From: the human T2T-CHM13v2.0 reference genome, Homo sapiens
Assembly: GCF_009914755.1 (NCBI RefSeq)
Contig: NC_060937.1
Direction: 5' to 3' (one strand)
DNA length: 64,000 nt
The first letter of the stretch is position 1. Every line of letters starts with the position of its first letter. The notes below the pieces were generated by a model. It was not told the DNA's origin. It was given only the letters and a program-made list of their open reading frames with translations, and searched no databases. Shown piece by piece: positions 46,701 to 64,000 of this stretch. The position numbers and the translations under genes were made by a program.

Positions 46701-47650
46701 CAACCTACAAAATAGGAGAAAAATTTTGCAAGCTACCCATCTGACAAAGGTTTAACAAGGATTTACAAGGAAATTAAACAAACTTACAAGAAAAAAAAAC
46801 CCATCCAAAATGAGTGAAGGGTATGAAGAGATAATTCTCAAAGGAAGACATTTATATGGCCAATAAACATATAAAAAAATCTCAGCATCACGGATCATTA
46901 GAGAAATGCAAATCAAAACCACAATGAGATACCATCTCACACCAGTTAGAATGGTGATTGTTAAAAAGTAAAGAAACAACAGATGCTGGTGAGGCTGTGG
47001 AGAAATATGAATGCTCTCACACTGTTGGTGAGAGTGTAAATTAGTTCTACCATTGTGGAAAACAGTGTGGGGATTCCTCAAGGATGTAGAACCAGATATA
47101 CCATTTGACCCGGCAATGTCTTTACTGGACATGTACCCAAAGGATTATAAATCTTTCTACTATAAAGACACATGTACGTGTTTTTGAAGCACTTTTTACA
47201 ATAGCAAAGACTTGGAACCAACCCAAACGTCCATCAGTGATAGACTGGATAAAGAAAATATGGCACATATACACCATGGAATACCATATAGCCATAAAAA
47301 AGAATGAGATCATGTCCCTTGCAGGGACATGGGTGAAGCTGGAAACCATCATTCTCAGCAAACTAACACAGGAACAGAAAACCAAACACCACATGTTCTC
47401 ACTTAAAGGTGGGAGTTGAACAATGAGAACACATGGACACAGGGAAGGGAACATCACACACCAGGGCCTGTCGGGGTGTGGGGAGTAAGGGGAGGGAGAG
47501 CATTATAACAAATACCTAATGCATGTGGGGCTTAAAACCTAGATGACAGGTTGATAGGTGCAGCAAACCACCACGGCACGTGTATACCCATGTAACAAAC
47601 CTGCACATTCTGCACATGTATCCCAGAACTTAAAGTAAAATTTAAAAAGA
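43769..47650 (+). mobile_element. 5'-truncated L1 (L1PA8-10-like), nearly complete disrupted ORF2 plus 3'UTR
   Basis: Starts in the EN domain; the 218-aa RT fragment at 45234-45890 includes LFADD; 3'UTR CCTAATGCATGTGGGGCTTAAAACCTAG. Confidence 0.92.
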
Positions 47651-49177
47651 CAGAAAATAGAGGAAAAGGTGAAATAAATTCATTTAAAAGCAGGATAAAC
47701 AAAAAGTAGTGATCCAGAAAACAGTATCAAATTTACAATATAAAATTTACAATATAAAATAATAAATATTTAAAATTGAAACAGGCGATAGACACAGCAT
47801 AACACAGAATAAGTAAAATTGAAATCCAGTTATTTTATCTTTTATTCCAAAGATAAAAACTGAAGAATAGAGAAAAAATATAAACAATGGCAGAATACAG
47901 GCAAAAGTTTTGTGAGACATATTTAAAAAGCCTAATATAGATATAAATGGAATTTCAGAAGGAAAGTCAAGAAAAAATGGAGCAGAAGCAATACTATGTA
48001 GTGATCAATAATTACCTAAAATTTATTAAAAATGTAAATAAATGGGTTCAAAAATCTTAATGAACCCAGAAAATACAATGAAGTACATCAGAGTAAAGCC
48101 ACTTAAAACCAAAGAGAAAATTTTATTTGCAACCACAGAAAAAAAATACAATTTACCTTCAAAGAAGCAGCAGTAAAGCTTATGGCTGACTTTGAATAAA
48201 AATAAGCAGATATTTGAACAGAAATAAAAGAAAAACAACAAACAAATAAAAATGACTACCATATAGTATAATACCAAGTGAAAATATTCTCAAACAATTA
48301 AACAGAAATATAGTTGTTTCTACATAGATAAATCTAACACGAACATAATTTATTTGGTATAGACTTTTGGAAATACTTTAGAAAATTCTTCAGGCTTAAT
48401 GAAAATGATTTCAGATGAAAGCATAAAACTGCAAAACAGAATAAAATGTACCTGTAAGATAAAAATATAAGAATATTTACTTTTTAGCTCCACAAAATAA
48501 CAGCATTTTAAAAGATTTTATAATGTTTGTAAAAGGTTTGCATTGATCAATATGTGAGAAAAACATAGATTTTATCTATATTACAATACGATGTTTGCCA
48601 AATCTATAAAGTAACCAATATAAGAAAAAAAATAAAATAAAAACTAATATAAAATATAAGTTAAAATTAGTAAAATAGAAATTCTTGAGAAATCATAAAG
48701 AAGTGATTTAGGGTAGAACATAAGAACAGAGAACAGAAAGAAGGATTAAAACCCAAATATTCAGAATTAAGATCAAATTTATCAGAAATTATATGTAAAT
48801 GGATCAAGCACTCCAAATGATAAGCAAAGGTAATCACAACAACAAAGCAAGTACCAACTATATTCTGATTTCAAGACATTAACTCTACATATAAGGTGGA
48901 AAATACTTTGAATATAACAGAGGATGGAAAAAGAATACTATTTGAGCACTAGCCAAAAGAAAGCTGATATGACTTTATTCATATCAGACAATAGATATTG
49001 AAGCAAGAAATATTACTTGAATATATGGGATAAAATATCATAATAATAAACATATCAATTATATAAAAAGGCATAACAATGCTAAAGGTGTATGCACCTA
49101 ATAACAGTTTCCAATGTATAAAGCAAAAATTCACAGAAATAAAGAGAAAATAGACACATTCACAATTATAATAGGAT

Positions 49178-49479
<302 letters not shown>

Positions 49480-50541
49480 TTACGATAGGATTTTTAAAAC
49501 ATGCATCTCACAGTAACAGAGAGAGCAAAGAGATACTATACATATATACTATTAATAGCATTGTTATTAGTATTAACACATCTACACTATTGATAATATT
49601 AATAACACTAGTAGTGTTATTACCAACATTAACCACACTATTAATAACACAATTATGTGAGCAAATAGACATTTATAGAGCTTCAGAGTTATAGTTCAAT
49701 AACTTCAAGGTATGCATTTCAAGAACACATGGAGCATACACCAACATAGATCATAAGCTGAGGAATATGGCAAGACTAAACAAATTTCAAACAATTGAAA
49801 TCTCTGACTATAGCAAAATTAACCTAGAAGTCAAGAACATAAACACAACTAGAAATTTCCTAAAAACTCCCACCAAAAGTGTATACATGTTCCTTTTTCT
49901 CCACAACATCGCCAGCATCTGTTATTTTTTGACGTTTTTATAATAGCCAGTCTGACTGGTGTGAGATGATGTCTTATTATGGTTTTTGTTTGCATTCCTC
50001 TAATGATCAGTGATGTTGAGCTTTTTTTTTTATATATGGTTGTTGGCTATATGTATGTCTTCTTTTGAAAAGTGTCTGTTCATGTCCTTTGCCCACTTTT
50101 TAATAGGGTTGTTTGGATTTTTTTCTTGTAAATTTGTTTAAGTTCCTTATGGATGCTGCGTATTAGACCTTTGTTGGATGCATAGTTTGCAATGATTTTC
50201 ACCCATTCTGTAGGTTGTCTCTCTACTCTATTGATTGTGTTTTTTTTTCTATGTAGAAGCTTAGCTTAATTAAATCTCATTTGTCCATTTTCGCTTTAGT
50301 TGCAAATGCTTTTGGTGTCTTTGTGATAAAATATTTGCCCATGCCTACATCCACAATGGTATTGCCTAGGCTGTCTTTCAGGATTTTTATAGTTTGGGGA
50401 TTTAGAGTTAAGTCTTTAATCCATCCTGAGTTAATTTTTATATATGGTAATAAGGAAGCAGTCTAGTTTTAATCTTCTACATACGGCTAGCCAGGTATCC
50501 CAGCACCATGTATTGAATAGAGAAGACTGAATAAAGAAAAT

Positions 50542-53932
<3,391 letters not shown>

Positions 53933-54628
53933 AAAGAAAATGTGGTACATATATACCACAGAATACTATGCAGCCATAGAAAAGAATGAGATCTTGTTTT
54001 TTGCAGGAACATGGATGTAGCTGAAGGCCATTATCCACAGCAAACTAACACAGGAACAGAAAACTAAATATCACAAATTCTCAATCATAAGTGGGAGCTA
54101 AGTAATGAGAACACACGGACACATACAGGGGAACAACACACACTGGGGCCTTTCAGAAGGTGGAGGGTGGGAGGAGGGAGGCAGTCAGGAAAAATAACTA
54201 ATGGGTACTAGGCTTAATACCTGGGTGGTGAAATAATTTGCACAATAAACCCCCATGACAAAAGTTTACCTATGTAACAAACCTACAGTTGTAACTCTGA
54301 ACTTTAAATAAAAGTCAAAAAAAGAAAATTCCTAAATAAGTTTAAATGATACCCTTCCACATAAAGTGTGGGTTAAAAAATAATCTCAGTAGAATGTAAA
54401 AATATTTTAATTGAATGATAAAAATATAACAAATGAAATATTGTGTAATATACCTAAAAGAGTACTCAAAAAGAAACGATGTTTTATAAAAAAAGAAGCA
54501 CTGACAATGTTATAGCTTCCATTTCAATAATCAAGATAAGAGAGCAGCAAATCCAACTCAAAGAAATGAAAACAATAAAACCATATAAAGAACACTCAGG
54601 AAATCATACAATAAAAAACACACATGCA

Positions 54629-54785
54629 TCTGGAGGAATGGCTAATGGATGCTGGGCTGATTACCTAGGTGATGGGTTGATCTGTGCAGCAAACAACCCT
54701 GGCACACATTTACCTATGTAACAAACCTTCACATCCTGCATAGATATAACCTGGAACTTAAAATAAAAGTTGAAGAAAAAAAAAT
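54629..54785 (+). mobile_element. Short L1 3' end (L1PA13-like)
   Basis: GCTAATGGATGCTGGGC..AAAATAAAAGTTGAAGAAAAA; TSD core ACATGCA on both sides. Confidence 0.85.
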
Positions 54786-55951
54786 ACATGCAGTAAAGAA
54801 AAGCAATAAGGAGACGGCATAAACACAATATGAAACATTGGCAAAAGACTTGAAAGAACCTTCACAAAAGAAGATATCCAAATGGCTTAGACTTAGCCTT
54901 AATCTAAATAACAGAATAAGCATTAGTCTCAACTCCAAATTTCAGATACAGTTATAAAAGATCCTCTAGCTAGCAAAGTGACTATTTGGAAAATAATTAT
55001 ATTAAAGACTTGACCAAAAGGTAATATTGATTTTCTGCATAAAATAGAACTTACCAGAGCCATCATATCTGGAAAATTAGATAGGAATTAGCGAGCTCCA
55101 TGTTGCAAATTGCAAGAAGTTAGTATTTCCTGGTGAAGACTTGGAGGCATGGAATGATGCAATAAGGTTCAATAGGCTGTATGAAAGTGACTGATCATGG
55201 AGAGCAAAAACCTCTTCTCAACTCAGGAACTAATACTTCATCTGGCATGTGCTATAAAGTCATTGAATGCTTTTAAACAGAAAACTGGCATGGTTGGATG
55301 TGCATTTTAGGTAAATTAATCTGCTGGCAATGTGAAAGCCTAAATATGAAATGCTAAATAGCAAGATTTTTTTTATTCTAAAAGAGGCTACAAAAACTAG
55401 AGTGATCATTTCTTTTTCAAATTGTTTGAATCTGTGTGGTTTAACTTTCAAAAACTCACTAATGCCAACTGAATAACATTCAAAGGAAGATTCTAGCCCT
55501 CTCATACAAAGTGCCCCTTCTCTTTCCCAGGATAATTTGCTGTGCAGTTTCTCAAACCAGTGTCTAAGGACCTCAAGACTCCACCTTCTCCAAAAAATGC
55601 CCCCTTTTTTTGTCTATTGGAATCCTATTCATCTGCCTTTCCCTCCTTTAGATTTTCCTTATCCTTCAGAGTCAATTACTTCTTCCCCTAGTCCCACAGA
55701 ACTGTTTAAGTCTCTGTTGCACATTTAGTTCATCCTACCTTATACTATAATTAGTTTCATATGCATCACTCTCTCATAAAATTTTAAGTTCTTTGGGTAC
55801 ATTTCTCCAACAGTATTTGCATTTCTGACATCACACTCTGATACTTTAATACACAGTAATTGTTGAATAATTCTTTAATGAATAAACCTCTACATATTGT
55901 ATACTTGCTTTTAATGAGGATTTTCTTCCCAAATGTGTGTGTGTATATACA

Positions 55952-56206
55952 TTGAGCATATGTAGTCTAGAAGAATGCCTTACCTGTCTTTAGTGTCCAA
56001 TTTATGCATATAAAATATATAAATTATATATGTAATATATCATTATACATACATTAGATATAATAGATTAATACTCATATACACACCTATAACTTATGTA
56101 CATAAACTATGAACTATAAAATATATTATATATGGTCCATATATATATATAAATAAATTTAGCACTAAGGACATATCAGATATTCTTCTAGACTACACAT
56201 GCTCAA
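55952..56206. repeat. 54-bp imperfect inverted repeat flanking a TA-rich core
   Basis: 55952-56005 versus the reverse complement of 56153-56206: 44/54 identical by manual alignment, no gaps. Confidence 0.9.
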
Positions 56207-56415
56207 CAGGGGCAATATTGACCCCAAGCAGGCAAAATTGATCCTGGGGGACAGAGAAGCAGCACAATGAAAACTCCATTGGTATTACATGATTTGTAAC
56301 CCTCTAAAAAGCCATTAATATATGTGTGGTAATTAAATTTTATGGGGTGAGGTTTATGAAGGAAAAATATCTTAAAAATGCCATATAGGTATAATTAAAC
56401 AGTTGAGAGACACTG
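56200..56415 (+). mobile_element. hAT-Charlie (MER20-like) DNA transposon relic
   Basis: CTCAACAGGGGCAATATTG at the left and GTTGAGAGACACTG terminal repeat at the right. Confidence 0.55.
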
Positions 56416-56419
56416 TCGT

Positions 56420-57150
56420 GGACACATAGCAGAGGACAGAAAGACAAGATGTCTACTCAGGTGGAATTTATGTTATACAAGGAAAAGACAGTTCAACACA
56501 TGAATACACAATCAACATTTGAGATCGTGAAAAATGTCCTGAATAAACCAAGGTAAATAAAACGAGATTTGTGTTAGATTAACAGAGATGCTACTTTAAA
56601 TTGGAAAGTTATGATTCACCTTTCTACTGATATGATCTTTAGATTGAGATCTAGATGGTAAGAAAGAGTCAAATATATTTTTAATGTAGAGGAAGGAAAG
56701 TCATAGAAGAATAATCAGTGCAAAATCCCTAAGTTAAAGATTTATTCCTTATGTTTTAGGAACAGAAAACCTGGATGATTGTAGCTTAAGAGGAAATAAC
56801 TGACATAAATAGTAAGGTCAACAGAAGGTTCTTTTTAACATGCAGCAACAATAGTGTGTTTTTAAACTAACGGGACTAATCCAATATTAGAGAGTTAATA
56901 TTAATATTAGGAGCAAAGGGGGAAATTGCTGGACTGATGTGCTAGGATAATAGGGAATTAGATCCCAGTGCACAAGTGCAGGATTGGTTTTAAATAAAAG
57001 CATAAGTATTTTCACCTACAGTATAATAGGTAGGAAGTCAGAGTATGTGTTCAAATGCTGGCACGTGGATGTGCTCTTCTGATCATTTATATTTTCTGAG
57101 TGAAGTAAGAAACTAGGTCATCAGCTTAGAGAGAGCACTGGGAAGGAGAT
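56420..57150. mobile_element. L2 fragment
   Basis: TGAGATCTAGATGGTAAGAAAGAG..CAGTGCAAAATCCCTAAG..TGTTTTAGGAACAG L2-like motifs. Confidence 0.5.
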
Positions 57151-57834
<684 letters not shown>

Positions 57835-58379
57835 AGGTACAAGAAATATGAAGGGTGACTGTAAAATAGTTCTCCAAAAAAAGATGGACAGTCAATGAAC
57901 CAGAGAATGGGAAACAATTGCCTGGGACTTAAAGAACCTGTTAGAGGTTTATAGTGATTAATTAAAACTGAGTATGTTCATTGTGGTTGTGTATTTTCCT
58001 TCAGCCACATTCAGTTGCATGTATACAAATGTGAAGTAGGCAGACATTTGCTTTTAACTAGAGTTGTGGTTTTTGTCAAGCAAATATAAAGAAAGAAGAA
58101 AAGGACGAAGGGAGTTAACATGAATGCAATGAAATGAGTATTACAATTGTGTGTTTTGAGTTGAACACAGAAGACAAAGCACGTATCAAAAGGATCAGAG
58201 TATAAGGTAATAGGATCAATGGTTTCGTTAGGTTTAAAGGACGGTAGAAGTTTAAGACAAGGGAGAAGTATGCCAGAACAAAAAAAAAAAAAAAAAAACA
58301 GGAGACATCCAGTTTCTGGGTTGGCATTTAAGGAGTTTGAAGTCTTTACTCCCATTATTATAAAAAGCACAAAGCTGAA

Positions 58380-59445
58380 CAAACTGAAAAACCAAGAAAT
58401 CTTTTTAGATCCTTCAGAGTAATGAGATCATAGGGCCAACTTCTGCCCCAAAATCGAATAAACAGATAATCAGATGCAGAGAATTGTAACTTAACAGAGC
58501 AGAAACCCACCAGCAGGGAACTCCAAGGGAACCTGTGGAGGGGTAGGAAAACTTGAACTGTAATTGACAAATTATTAAAAGCTCAGTGTGTACAAGCTTC
58601 AGAGATAAAACTCCAGGGAACCAGTCATGAGACAATTCTTACGCCTTTGTGAGTTGTACTTCCAGGACTCTATCAGGTCCTCACAAATAAGAATGAGAGA
58701 AAAATCTGCTCATGCTTTTAGCAAGGGGAGGAGAGAAGGAACCATTTTAAAATATGCCAGAGCATTCTGTCCTACTTAACAAGACTCGCCCTCTGGAGAG
58801 ACTATTTTAGCCTAACCTACCTGGCTACCCTAACCTAGCCCACTCCAGGTGACGATAGCTTTCCGCATGGGGGAAAGGAAATACCCACCTATAGCCCCCT
58901 CAAGCCTTCCTGTTCCACTTAAGTGCAGGGGAGCGACTAAAAAGCACCAGAAATGTTTGCAGTCCAGGGACACAGACTTCACCAAAAAACTGAACAAACA
59001 GTAAGATTAATGATAGCTTTCCCTTCCATACCCACCACTTATCCTTATATCACTGAAGGTCTATTTACTACAGTTCCTTTTACCTAGTACATCAATTCTT
59101 TTAACAAAAATTTTCAAGGCAAAATATACAGTTTGAAAAGACTGAACAAGAATCACAACCAGAGTCAGTATGGCAGAAATGTTGGAATTATCAGACTAGG
59201 AATTACTTTTATAAAATATGTTTGGTATGTTAAGGGCTTTTGTGAAAAAAGTAGACAACAGGCAAGAAGAAATCAATAATCTAAACACAGCAATGTAAAT
59301 TCTAAGAAAGAATCAAAAAGGAATGCTAGAGATCAGAAAAACTCTAAGAGAAAGGAAAATTGCCTAAGATGGGCTCACTAGTAGACTACACATGGTTGAG
59401 GAAAGACTCTCTGAGCGTGAGTATATGACAATAGAAACTTGCAGA
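58380..59445 (+). mobile_element. Old L1M 5' region and start of ORF1
   Basis: ATGGCAGAAATGTTGGAATTATCAGAC..AAAAAGTAGACAAC..AAGAATCAAAAGGAATGCTAGA..GATGGGCTC ORF1-like DNA of old L1s. Confidence 0.65.
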
Positions 59446-59897
59446 ACTTAGGACTTGCTTTATGAATCTGGGTGCTCCTGTATTGGGTGCATATATATTT
59501 AGGACAGTCAGCTCTTCTTGTTGAATTGATCCCTTTACCATTATGTAATGGCCTTCTTTGTCTCTTTTGATCTTTGTTGGTTTAAAGTCTGTTTTATCAG
59601 AGACTAGGATTGCAACACCTGCCTTTTTTTTGTTTTCCATTTGCTTGGTAGATCTTCCTCCATCCTTTTATTTTGAGCCTCTGTGTCTCTGCACCTGAGA
59701 CGGGTTACCTGAATACAACACACTGATGGGTCTTGACTCTTTATCCAACTTGTCAGTCTGTGTCTTTTAATTGGAGCATTTAGTCCATTTACCTTTAAAG
59801 TTAATATTGTTATGTGTGAATTTGATCCTGTCATTATGATGTTAGCTGGTTATTTTTCTCGTTAGTTGATGCAGTTTCTTCCTAGTCTCGATGGTCT

Positions 59898-60924
59898 TTA
59901 CATTTTGGCATGATTTTGCAGCAGCTGGTACCGGTTGTTCCTTTCCATGTTTAGTGCTTCCCTCAGGAGCTCTTTTAGGGCAGGCCTGGTGGTGACAAAA
60001 TCTCTCAGCATTTGCTTGTCTGTAAAGGATTTTATTTCTCCTTCACTTATGAAGCTTAGTTTGACTGGATATGAAATTCTGGGTTGAAAATTCTTTTCTT
60101 TAAGAATGTTGAATATTGGCCCCCACTCTCTTCTGGCTTATAGAGTTTCGGCCGAGAGATCCGCTGTTAGTCTGATGGGCTTCCCTGTGTGGGTAACCCG
60201 ACCTTTCTCTCTGGCTGCCCTTAACATTTTTTCCATCATTTCAACTTTGGTGAATCTGACAATTTTGTGTCTTGGAGTTGCTCTTCTCGAGGAGTATCTT
60301 TGTGGCATTCTCTGTATTTCCTGAATCTGAATGTTGGCCTGCCTTGCTAGATTGGGGAAGTTCTCCTGGATAATATCCTGCAGAGTGTTTTCCAACTTGG
60401 TTCCATTCTTCCCATCACTTTCAGGTAGACCAATCAGAAGCAGATTTGGTCTTTTCACATAGTCCCATATTTCTTGCAGGCTTTGTTCATTTCTTTTTAT
60501 TCTTTTTTCTCTAAACTTCCCTTCTCGCTTCATTTCATTCATTTCATCTTCCATCACTGATACCCGTTCTTCCAGTTGATCTCATCGGCTCCTGAGGCTT
60601 CTGCATTCTTCATGTAGTTCTCGAAATTGGATTCACAGCCGAATTTCAGCTCCATCAGCTCCTTTAAGCGCTTCTCTGTATTGGCTATTCTAGTTATACA
60701 TTCGTCTAAATTTTTTCAAAGTTTTCAACTTCTTTGCCTTTGGTTTGAATTTCCTTCTGTAGCTTGGAGTAGTTTGATCGTCTGAAGCCTCCTTCTCTCA
60801 ACTTGTCAAAGTCATTCTCCGTCCAGCTTTGTTCCGTTGCTGGTGAGGAACTGTGTTCCTTTGGAGGAGGAGAGGCCCTCTGCTTTTTAGAGTTTCTAGT
60901 TTTTCTGCTCTGTTTTTTCCCCAT
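59898..60924 (-). pseudogene. ORF1: L1 ORF1p in the inverted block, disrupted
   Basis: MGKKQSRKTRNSKKQRASPPPKE.. and MEDEMNEMKREGKFREKRIKRNEQSLQEIWDYVKRPNL. Confidence 0.9.
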
Positions 60925-61044
60925 CTTGGTGGTTTTATCTACTTTTGGTCTTTGATGATGGTGATGTACAGATGGGTTTTTGGTGTGGATGTCCTTTCTG
61001 TTTGTTAGTTTTCCTTCTAACAGACAGGACCCTCAGCTGCAGGT

Positions 61045-64000
<2,956 letters not shown>

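Overview
Primate (human-like) genomic DNA, AT-rich and mostly interspersed repeats; no intact cellular gene is recognisable. It holds L1 copies of many ages (a full-length L1PA13-like copy, three 5'-inverted copies, a four-layer nest, old L1M remnants), about 15 Alu/FLAM elements (many with readable TSDs), a decayed class I (gamma-like) provirus with gag-pro-pol-env and two dissimilar LTRs, solo LTRs, L2/MIR and DNA-transposon relics. Nearly all listed ORFs are repeat-derived. Best leads: (1) a strong plus-strand bias of L1/ERV/Alu together with a phase-compatible, stop-free chain of candidate minus-strand exons; (2) a separate, stop-riddled plus-strand exon chain with ARM-repeat-like character; (3) an 18-nt ORF2-templated patch and a new splice donor in a young inverted L1; (4) a 54-bp foldback around a TA-rich core. 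Subfamily names come from remembered diagnostic motifs and are approximate; no searches were run.
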